In this document: piece by piece, positions 53,332-64,000 of the stretch
Layout: the number at the start of each line of letters is the position of its first letter
How positions within the stretch are numbered: the stretch's first letter is position 1
DNA from: Gordius albopunctatus
Lineage: Eukaryota
Direction: 5' to 3'
DNA length: 64,000 nucleotides
Assembly (NCBI GenBank): GCA_964276515.1
Contig: OZ193909.1
Coordinates: 2,294,001-2,358,000 of the forward strand
Made by a program: the position numbers and the translations under genes
The notes under the pieces: model-generated
Seen by the model: the letters and a program-made list of their open reading frames with translations, nothing else
Told to the model about the DNA's origin: nothing
Database searches by the model: none

Positions 53332-54820
53332 TTATCTAGTAACATAATAACGGTTTGGGCAGTTGAAGCGTCTAAACCAGTTGTGGATTAGTCCAAGAAT
53401 AATATGGTTCAACACCTATGTTACATCGCTTCTTTTCATCCACACAAACACCGCTATGTGTTTATTTCCTATAAAAATATTTTCAAACAATTTTTCGTAA
53501 AATTATCATTTTAAATAATCACTATTTGTGTCAAAAGGCTAAAGTTTGGATCACAAAAGGGCCAATTAAACCTTTTCTCGACATTAAACTGAATTGAATT
53601 TGGAAACTCCTCTTTTAATATAATTCGAATTCCATGTTCAAAGCAGATTTGTTAAACGCACTTCAAAAACCGGGGAAGTTGACTCTGGTTAAAAGCCTGT
53701 TAAAATGCCGCTATTTTACTAAAAATTCTATAAATGGCTATGTTTACAGCCCTATCATAATTAGCAGCAGTGTTGTAAAATCGGTTGGATTTTGTTGAAT
53801 CGAGCACCTAAGACCTATTTTCCGTATTCGCATAAACCGACCAAAGGTTTTTTGGTCAAACCTTTGGTCTTTTAATGTTTAGTCGACTAAAAACGGCAAC
53901 CGCCTCCTTTAAAACCCCAAAAAGATATGGCCATAATTTTGATAAAATTTCAATCAATTTTAAGATTTAAAGGGGACAGCCGCCCCTTCCTGCCCCCCCC
54001 CTCCTCTTGGCTACGCCGATGTTAATACAGAAAAATATTAAATTTAAACATTAATGCCATATTATATTATTAATTACCAAAGAATCGGCACATTTCACCA
54101 AGTTAAGTTCCTCTATGATGAGCTGATCCATTTTCCGTTTTTTGTCCTGGGGTACTTTGGCTGAGAGTCTGACAGACGGCGAAAACATTATATTTTCTCA
54201 TTGCAATTTTTACAACTTTTGATATATGTCTAAATAATTTTACAAGTATAGGTCCCATTATAGCGTTAACGCCAGGTGAAAATATTCCGCTTTAATAAAA
54301 TTAAAATTTAAAAATATTTGATCACATAAGTTTTATGTTTAAATATTTTTTGCGAATTTTTTATCAAAAATTTTTATTATGGAATACCTCACATGATCCA
54401 GGATGCGAACTGGCGAATTTCTGGGCTCCCAAAACCAATTGCATTTGGCTTCAATTATATAATTAATGTCTTGAAAGGAGAAAATGGATCTTTTAAATTC
54501 TAATATATTGCTATCTCCCAAAGGATCCAAAACGCCAGAATTAGCTCTACTATCGGAACCATTGTCATCATTTCTAAAATTAATTTCAAATTAAAAAAAT
54601 TTTGAATAAATTTCATAAGATGTTTGGTTTGGGATTACTGTAGTAAAAAGAGCGGGTTTTGTTTGGTCGCCCTTTAATTAGTTTGGACTTACCGGAATTG
54701 GTGCAAAGGAATATCGCGACTCTCATAGTAAGCTTTGTTAGGATAGTCTTGGATTTTTAAATCGACATTTTCGAACCCGCTTTTTGGGTTAAAGGATTGT
54801 TCTTGTTGATATAATTGCAT
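53332..54820 (-). pseudogene. ABCG2-like copy C, truncated pseudogene
   Basis: Exons 54820-54693 and 54573-54388 are in frame. Exon 3 (from 54289) breaks off at MGP before Walker A, exon 4 is missing, exon 5 is partial, and exon 6 is degenerate with DEPTTG changed to D*STTG. No membrane-domain exons found downstream. Confidence 0.88.
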
Positions 54821-55269
54821 TGCATGGATATTGTATTTTTGTTTAACTATTATTTTTCATCAAATGTTTGCGAGATTTTAGGAAATTGCATGTGATTATC
54901 AACTAAAAATAACTTTTTCCTCACATAATTTTGGTTTCTTGAACTATTTAATCTAATAATATTAACACGTATATAAAAAGATCGTATTCATATAAGCATA
55001 ATTAGCCATGGTTAGAGCCAATGGGTGGCAAAAAAGGGCGACTGTCCCACTCTAAATCCATAAATTTTTGCAAAAATTTAATACAATTATGGCAAATCTA
55101 TCCAATCCTAGCGACGCCCATAAAAATAGCCTATTTGAATTTGTCTTTTTTTTATGCATGATCCATTCTTAATATTAAGAAAGATTTCTAATTTTTCGCA
55201 TTTGTCCGATTCATAGAAAGGTCTCATTATAATAACTTCAATTCGAAATTTGGGCGAGGCTTCGATGGG

Positions 55270-55427
55270 TGGGATTAGAGGGGGGGGCAAAAATGATTTA
55301 GGAAAGGGAAAAATCATCATTTTTTGAAATTTTAGCCCCATAATTTTAATAAATTTTAACAAATTTTTGGATTTAGAGGGGGGAAGGCGCCCCTTCCTGC
55401 CCCCCTCCCGCCTTGGCTAGGCCCATG
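55270..55427. mobile_element. hAT MITE, CATGGGCGTAGCC family (5'-eroded)
   Basis: Internal body and right TIR GGCTAGGCCCATG. Further full or partial copies at about 14021, 17335, 29400, 53930, 58400, 59255 and 62442. Confidence 0.75.
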
Positions 55428-55769
55428 ACCTCGCAGATAATCATGAAAGAGCTTGAATATTATTGCAAACCTGTTTTATAAACATTGAACTCTTGATTAT
55501 ATCATTTATTTTCACTTTTGGTTTACGAAATCTAAGAATTATAAACAATATTTAATGATGATTTATCGAGGAAATCAACTTCTAAATTAATCAAAATGAC
55601 GAAAGGAACGCAAATACAGGGGTATGACTTTGGAAAAGCCAATAGTCATTCTTCCAAAACGTACAACTTTCAATTTAGACCTTTTTTTGATACTGTATAA
55701 ATTTAAACAATTTGGTGTAGGCGACCCATTATTTGAATTATGACTATTCAAATCATGCGCATATGTATA

Positions 55770-56802
55770 GTATAAACAAGATATTAAAGAAACGAAAAAA
55801 TTCTCCGATCAGACCTTGGCCATTGGTCATCTTTTCCATAACTTTGGCCAGTGGTCCTTTTTTATAATGGTTAGGAGACAGCCAAATAACTAGCCTATAA
55901 TTATAATCTAGAAAAAAATCGATTTTAATCGGACTTTGGTCAGTGGTCATTTTTTATTGGTCAGCAGCCAGCGGACGGCCAAATTGCTTAGATTTAAAAT
56001 ATAGAAAAAAAATTGCTACACTTTGGCCAATGGTCATTTTTTTCATTGGTCAGTAGCCAGGACATGGTCAAAAAGGATATAAATACATAAGAGACGAAAA
56101 AACGGAAAAAAATTATTTCGATTCACACTTTGGCCAATGGTCATTTTATTCATTGGTCAGCAGCCAGCGGACGGCCAAAAAGTCATATTATCAATGGTAT
56201 TAACAAGGTTCCGCCACTTTTGCAAACAGGCATTAGCCTTCTTTAAATTGATAGGAAACTCCCAAAGGAAAATACTCAGCAAGTTTTCTTTTGCGCCAAA
56301 AAATAGGAATTTTGATAGCTAAATACAATTATAAGGCATTTTCCGACACCTGGCCTCTGACCCTCGATGAAGATGAAGAGTAGTCACGCTTTTTATTCAT
56401 TTATTGATCATGTTTTATATTTTTGAGATATATGGATTTTACCTAATAAAGATTTTTAATTAAAAAAAAATTAAAATAGAAAACTAAAAAAAATTTGACC
56501 ACTCCTGGATTCGAACCTACATCAGTAGAGGTATAGGCCCTTCTAGGGGAGGGAATAGGGTAATATAGGAATTCAAAAACGAAAAAAAAATTTCGAATCA
56601 CAATTTGGCCAATGGTCATTTTTTTATTGGTCAGTAGCCTGGACACGGTCAATAAGTTATATTATTAATGGTATTAGCAAGAAAAATATATTAATTTAAT
56701 TTAAAAAAATTTGCCCTCTCCTGGTATCGAACCAGCAATTCAGATACATGTTGGACGGACGGACGGACAACAAAAATCGAGCCCATAAATTGCATAGCAA
56801 TT
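55770..56802 (+). mobile_element. Helentron/HINE (DINE-1-like) element with internal repeats
   Basis: Repeated TTTGGCCAATGGTCATTTT...TTGGTCAG(T/C)AGCCAG units, (GGAC)4 microsatellite and terminal hairpin AATTGC-ATA-GCAATT. Left boundary approximate; 56250-56355 also matches window positions 1-110. Confidence 0.6.
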
Positions 56803-58517
56803 TATATATTGCTAAATTTTACTCCATTTTTTATTGCTTGCTCTAGCATTATCGTGAATCACAGAGGAAGGGAGTGCTATTCATTACAAATATCTATTAA
56901 TTCATCTTTTTCCGAGAAAAAATGCATTTTTCGGGGAAAAAATAGAAAAAATTTAGATACTTTTTTCATTAAAATTAATAAAATTTTACATTTAAACATC
57001 CGCACTAGCAATAATTTTTAAAACAACAATACTATTTACATATGACCTTGGCGGTAGGAATTAAGAAAAGTGCCAAATGGTAGAATTGATTTTAATCTAT
57101 TCTATTTTTCACCATATAGCTCGCTCATCAAAGTTATTTATTTACCTAAAGTTGCTCATTATAATAAATCAATCACAATCAAAACGGATTTTTGTGGAAA
57201 AAAGTATTTTTCTATAAATTTTAATTAAAACTTACCAAAATTACAATTAAAAATTGTTTTTAATTCGCATTGATTTAAAATTTTTACTTTGACTAAATAC
57301 TCTCCCTTTTTGGATATTACATTAAATATTATTAAATAGTTTAACATCGATAATGAGTAAAATTTAATAGGCATATCTATTCTTAGAAAAATTTAATGCT
57401 TTTTTAAAACTAATTTCAGGTGATAAATTTGGTCATTTTTTTAAGTGGGCGTGTAGCAAAACGTAAAAATCGCAATGAAATATTTAATTTATAAATGCAA
57501 AACATTTTAAAAAATTTAAATAGTACTGCAGGTTTTAAAAAGTTTATATGTTTTAATAGTACACTAAAAATGTTAATCGCTATGCAATTTATTTTCTAAA
57601 CTGACATAAATCTCTAATATTTTAATATACGATTTTGTAGAGATTTTTTCTTGCATTTTTTATTTTACTATGATTTAAATTTTTAAGTTAGGTCAGATTG
57701 TCATTTATAGATAAATTATATTTTTGTTTTTCGAAACATGCAAGAATAGGTATAAGATTTGAGTTAAAAAGTAGGCAAAAGTTGACAAGTTGATGACATA
57801 TAGACAAATTTTGTTTTTGTGTGTCTTTATAAAATATACTCCATATAACATTTATCGAAATAATGGGTAGAGCCAGGATTTGGAATACGGAACATGGAAG
57901 TGCAAAAATGATTTTTTTCACATTTTGACCATAACACTACTAAATTTAAAAATAACAATTTAGGGGGAGCAACTGCCCCCAGGTTGGTTCTCGATTTAAA
58001 TCCTTATATTAAATTTCTTTGGTCAAACAAATAATTATATATATCACCTATGACATTTCCTTAGCCAATTATGAAGCTACTTATATTCTATAAACTTCAA
58101 TGCAAAAAAATCTAACCTTAAAGATCACTTTTTACTAAAATTATGAATAAAATTTCAAAAATTAGTTGTCCTTGTTAAATAAAAATGAGTGATTGTTTAT
58201 ATAACGATGTGATTTTTTAAGTGATGATAAGACTTAAATTTTTTCTTATTAAGACCACGAGATTTACATTTAGATTTTTATTAAACTGAGTATTTTAAAA
58301 ACTAAATCGTATCACAATTACATCAAGTTAGACCATGGATTTTTTTGCTTGACTATTCAAAAATTTTCTTGTAAGTTTGGACCATCCAAAGAAGTTTTCT
58401 GGGCATAGCCAACATCAGAGTTAAAGAGGGGGGGCAATAATGATTTAGGAGATGGCCAAACAAATATTTTTTGAAATTGTAGGCTAACTTTCAAAAAAAT
58501 TTGGATTTAGAGGGGCC

Positions 58518-58879
58518 TATGGGCTTGTCTTAATATCGGATTTAGCTGCGGAGCAAAAATCTTTGTACGGGTTATAACATAGCCGTGTCTTAACTTCGAC
58601 ATCACCGGAGATTCGCATTTCAGACACATAACATAACAACGATTTTGTAAGATGCAAATTTTTTCTTAACCTTAAATGTTGTATGTTGTTAAATTTATAG
58701 GTAACAACAAAGTTTAGATTTAATATCTAGAGTTGAAGTAAACAAGGAATGTTTTTAACTATCAAAAAACAAAATATTAATAATTACAACTGAGGTTGAC
58801 TTATGAAATTGAATCGGATATTTAGACAAAGATAAATTCGCGCAATTTGAATCTGAATCCGATATTAAGACAAGCCCTA
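58518..58879. mobile_element. MITE with GGGCTTGTCTTAATATCGGATT TIRs
   Basis: ~24-bp TIR; second copy at 63611-63987. Confidence 0.85.
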
Positions 58880-58950
58880 TGGGTTTCTATAAACAGTTTT
58901 CTCCTGCTATGTAATATGTGTAAAAAGTTAACAAATGTCACATTACATAG

Positions 58951-59060
58951 CATCAAAAAATGATTGTTCCTCTCAGGATCCATGGCCTTTATATTGATGA
59001 TAAGTCATTAAAAAATGATTGTTCCTCTCTGGATCCATGGCCTTTATATTGATGATAAGT
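58951..59060. repeat. 55-bp tandem duplication
   Basis: CAT(C/T)AAAAAATGATTGTTCCTCTC(A/T)GGATCCATGGCCTTTATATTGATGATAAGT occurs twice. Confidence 0.9.
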
Positions 59061-60374
59061 TAGCAAGGAATTTGGAGAAGGGATAGCTTGCTTAATAATA
59101 TATTTAAAGAAGCTGCAAAATAATGGTAAAATTTAAAACTAGAGCAGGAGGGTGCACTGACTCCCCCCTGGAATTTTACTTGGCGTGGGGTCAATTAGAC
59201 CCCAGTCCCATATCTATTACAAATATTAATTCTTTGCGGCCATGTTACAAGTACCATGCGTGTAGCCAGCATTGAAATTAGAGGGGCACCAATAATGATT
59301 TAGGCAGGGGTAAAATGATAATTTTTTGAAATTTTAGCCACAATATTAATAAATTGCAACATATTTTAAAATCTCTGCCCCCCTGGCTACCCACATGCAT
59401 GAACTAGGTGAAAAATAACTAGTGTAACGACAAATATGACATATATAGTAATTTCTAGAATGCCACTAGTGAAAAAAAGCAAAAAATATTTACAAAAAAA
59501 TTTTATACACTAGGCGTTCGCAGGGGGCCAAATTTCAAAAAATGTGATAAAAGAGGAAAAGGGAACAGTCATGAGTCATCTTTAAAGATTATCGATTTAT
59601 GCGACGGGGTGAAGTGTAAACAAAAACGGTGTATGCCAAAACGTTACTTTTGTTGTTTACACGTTGCGTCCATTTGAACCAGTTTCTCGTTTGAAAAGGA
59701 AATCAGCTGGTTCACTACGTTATTCATTCGCCTCAAGGAAAAGAAAGAGTGTGTATTCTAACATAAGGTAATTTTCATTAAAATATTAAATAGTAGCTTG
59801 AAAGTATTTTATAAACACTTGTTTTATACTTTATAAATGTGTTCAACATTAAACATATTAAGGTGTGCCGTTTTTTGCATAGTTTTTGCAAATAATTATG
59901 ACTTCTTGTAACAGTATTCTTCCAAATCTTTGTCTATCGTCATACTGTGTGTTGTCAAAAGAAATCTCCCCCCGGGAGCTAGCTTTATCATTGTAAGCCA
60001 TTTTCCCTCTCTTCTTCCAGCAATTTTTTATTTGTCCTTCGTTTTCTATTATTTTTCACCCATAGAGCGATATTTATCTCTTCCTCGCTTGCTTTTAAAG
60101 TAAAAACCTTTTTTCCCCTAATTTCTGCTATTTTACCCGCCATTCGGAAACAAGGTAAAAAATATTGGTTTAGACTTTGCGTTAATCAACGATTCATTTT
60201 TGCAATGATTTTTTCTTCATTTTCATTGAATCACGCGTTGAATTATGCTAATTAATTGCGAGAGGTTGGCTTTTAGGGAATTTTAATTTGGCAAGGAATA
60301 TATAAAATAATTTTGGCAGTTTTTTGTACACGTATGATATCAATTTTTGTTAAATTTGACGTTTCTTATAATTT

Positions 60375-63300
60375 ATGGATTTAGGTGTGAGACACGAAGA
60401 ACAGAAAAAAAGAATGTCATTTATAAAGCGACCTTTAGGAGGTCACACTGGAAGTTATGACGTGCACAATGATGAACAAAATCAAGAGATGACCGATCCT
60501 TCCGATTACGATGCAACGTTCGTGGAAAATTTAAATTCTAAAATTTTGAATCACGATTCTAATAAGGAGTTGGTTTCGGAAAAATCTTTCGAAAACAGGG
60601 CATACTTAAGAGATCGCGATATCAACAACAATGCTTCGAATCAGCAATTGGCTGTGTCAAATAATAACTCTGCGCAACGATCAAATGAGAATGGGAGTGA
60701 AGATGGGTACTTTCATTCTTCTCACGAAAATATTCACCTTAATAATTCTCCCACCGACTCCCTAAACGCACAGGCTACAAACCTGGAGCAGGATGAAGAG
60801 CGACTCACTTTAACTGACCCCCGAGTAAAGAAAGCTTTTGCCGTAGATCCTGATGAGAGAGGGCATTTTGATAACAGCATAGAAGAGGGAAAAAAGAAAG
60901 AGTTTATTAGCAAACAAGAGGCACAATCTCGGATGATGCACAATGGAATTCCCAATTCCACATCTTTAGGATCGGAAATGATGAATATAATAGATCAAAG
61001 TCGGCTTAAAGACACGTTTTCGGTCAAAGTTGAAGATGCCTTGGCCATGACTTGTGATATGGAGAAATTAGAATTCAAAGAAAGTATCCTTTCATTTCAA
61101 GATATAACTTATATCATACGCGGGAAGAGGAAACGGTTTTGGAAGAAAAAACCACCACCAGCGCTCATTTTGGACCACGTGAGGTACTTGAAAACATGAA
61201 TGAATAGACCAAACGATATTTTGCGCAACGCGTGTGAACTTTATTTAATTTCTTTATTTCTGAATTGCCTTATTTTGCAAAAAAGCTCAATTCTAAATTT
61301 GTGATTATTTATTCCATAAAAAGCTTATTACAATAAGGGCTTTAATATTGACACTTCTTTGATCATCATCATAGGCGATTTAAGTTGTGACGAGTTTTTA
61401 AAAAAAATGTTTGATAATGCTTAATTAAATTTAAATTACATTTATATGCAACTTAATGAAATTGTAGAGATTCATTTGTATATAATTTTAGATATTTCGT
61501 ATCAATAACCCTTTTTTCTAAATTTATAATTTTTATTTTAACTATTTAAAAAAAAATTCGAAACAATTTATATGTTAATTTTAAAGTAGATTATAAAATG
61601 TTAAATACCATCTTCCCATCTTGCTTCGCCCATGACTCCACCCACGTTAACATAATTTATTACGAAATCAAATCCTTACAAATTTTTTGTACCCAGTATT
61701 TTATGAAAAGGTAATACTGGAATGTTTGAGAACTAAAAGTAGACGGGGCTATTCGAAGAAGCCATCTTGGCTTAGCCAGCCCATTTCTAAATTTTTATTT
61801 AGTCAAAATTTGTAGTAAAATATTAATTTACCTCCTCCTTATAGTCCATATATAAATATTTTCTAGTCTCGATTACGCCATTGGTCTCTTTTTGAAATTT
61901 TGACTAAGCCTAGAGGTCAACTAAACATAAAACGACCAACGAATTCCAGCAAAGCCCAGCACAATTCCCTTCCCAGCCAGCTCTTTCGGCAAATTTTAGA
62001 TTCATGATAAAAAGATTCGGGCAATTGGGACTTAATGAGATTTTTTATAAGGTGTAAATTATTATTTTATCACCTTTCGATTGTATAAAATTATCCAATA
62101 AACAATTCCGAATTAAGTGATAATGTTAACGAGTTTGTATATAACAAAATTGAAGGTGAAAATTTGAGAAATTCTAACATCGGGCCGGGCAGTTTGGGCA
62201 GCTTTAATGATTCGGACATAGTCGAGCGGACACTAAATTATTTTAAAAATCAGACCGCGGGAAGGAAAATTTAAACAAATCGCACCTTTTCAATCAAAAA
62301 AATAACGTTTTGAATTCTATCACCGATCTCTCCTTAACCATCACAATATTATAATTATTCTTTTTTCCGTAATGCTTTTCTGCATTTTCCTTTCCGTTTT
62401 AAATATGGCTGGGTTTTGTTTGGTCGACCTAAGGTTTTAGGCACGGGTGTAGCCAGCTTTGGAATTAGAGGCCGGGGGGGGCACTAATGATCATTTTTTA
62501 AAATTTTAGCCATTATTTTCAATAAATTTTTGGATTTCCCAGCCGTTTCTAAAAGATTACTCCTCGAATCATTGTAAATCTGCTAAATTTATTATCCTAC
62601 TACCCTCGAGATTAAATACCAGCATGCGAATCCTTCCGTTTATTTCACGTATTTTTGCCAGCCAACGTAACCGTTTGTTTTTTATGATTTTTTGTTTACT
62701 TATAGGAGCTTAGTAAGGGAAAAAAATTACAAATTTATTCCATCAAATTAATTTATTCTCCATATATCAATTACGATATTATTTGATATTAGCGGAATCT
62801 TTTCCCCTGGCGTCAATGCTATAATGGGACCGAGCGGCGGAGGAAAAACTTCGTAAGTCGCTTAGTAAAATTATTTTTTTGCATGGTATTTATATTTTCT
62901 CAAAACTTGCCTTTTAAAAAGTGCAAAATATGTGTAAAGTTTTTTGACTTTTTTGTGATTTCTCGTGTTTGACGAATACTCATCTAAATGCCCCGATTAA
63001 TAAATTGAAGGCCGCCTAAGGCAAAATATTTTCACGAATTTTGCATATATCCAATTTTAGAGAATTTTGGCTTTGTTTAGTTGAGGTAGGTGATACATTC
63101 ACAAAACAGTTGATTGAATTAAATTGCTAGTGGTTTGCACATTTACTTGGCTCTAGAACTGTTTCAGAAGTATGATCATAAGTATTCCACCTTAGTTCTG
63201 TCTGTCAGGTCCACCTTCGTCCAACTTTATTATCAAAAAATAATAATTTAAAATTTTTAGAAATCAAGAAGAAAAGATTCATTAAAAATTACGCCATTTT

Positions 63301-63575
63301 ATAGTATTTGCCCCGACATTAGATACTAAAATATAGAAAATCATTTCATTAGCGTATTTAAATCATAAAAATATATATAACAATAAAATTTATTTATTTT
63401 AATTTAATGTTTTTTTTGTAAAAATTGCGTTTTATATGCGATTTGACACAACGACCTCAGGCTACTAACGATTCTCGGTGGTCGTAAAGAGGTTAAAGGG
63501 GTCCAAGGGACTATACTCATGAATGGCTGCCCCATCTCCAAAGACTTCAAAACTGAATCCGGATTTGTCGCTCAA
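60375..63575 (+). CDS. ABCG2-like copy D, 5' part (continues beyond the window), long N-terminal extension
   Basis: Exons 60375-61183, 62793-62852 (GIFSPGVNAIMGPSGGGKTS) and 63461-63575 (LLTILGGRKE...SGFVAQ) join in frame with the same phases as A and B. Confidence 0.92.
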
Positions 63576-63610
63576 GTTTGCTTTATTCATCCTCATAATC
63601 TGATAACGAA

Positions 63611-63987
63611 TAAGGGCTTGTGTCTTAATATCGGATTTAGCTGCGCAGCAAAAATCGTCGTACGGTTTATAACATAGCTGCCGTGTGCTAACTTCGAATT
63701 CACAGCAGCAGATTTACATTTGAGACGCATAATATAACGGCGATTTTGTAGGATGCAAAATTTTTCATTAGCCTAAATGTTGTATGTTTTTAAATTTTTA
63801 GTTATCAGCAAAGTTTAGATTTAATCTCGAGAGTTGAAATAAACCAAAAAAAAGTTTTTAACTATTAAAAAACAAATTATATTAATAATTAAAACCGAGT
63901 TGGACCTCCATTAGATTGAATCGGATATTTAGACAAAGATTCAATTCTTGCGATTCGAATCTGAATCCGATATTAAGACGAGCCCTA
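63611..63987. mobile_element. MITE, second copy of 58518-58879 (ABCG D intron)
   Basis: Same TIRs and internal sequence. Confidence 0.85.
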
Positions 63988-64000
63988 CCTGATTTGTAGC

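Noticed and set aside
59988..60143. Antisense ~51-aa ORF (MAGKIAEIRGKK...) upstream of ABCG D
   Set aside because: Too short, purine-biased and unrecognised; no support for function.

Overview
AT-rich, intron-containing eukaryotic DNA that looks animal-like; the species cannot be identified from the window alone. Host genes were assembled by hand from GT-AG exons: an intact 7-exon HSPBAP1 (JmjC) gene, two identical tRNA-Lys(UUU) genes, a small secreted FN3-like gene, and a cluster of four ABCG2-like half-transporter genes arranged as two head-to-head pairs. Copy A (minus) and copy B (plus) are intact, copy C (minus) is a pseudogene, and copy D (plus) runs off the window. The rest is dense transposon debris: several hAT MITE families with 8-bp TSDs, hAT, MULE/FLYWCH, Helitron, Helentron-like, Gypsy, RTE and CRE-like fragments, tandem repeats and a 3-kb foldback structure. 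Most notable observations: a ~950-bp gene-conversion-like tract that homogenises the ATPase half of ABCG A and B while their membrane halves diverge; replacement of known ABCG2 drug-pocket residues; CRE-like retroelement copies that repeatedly carry internal inversions (twin-priming-like); and one CRE-like copy inserted at a tRNA terminator. No unambiguous new biological system can be proven from sequence alone. All family calls come from motif recognition, not from database searches.
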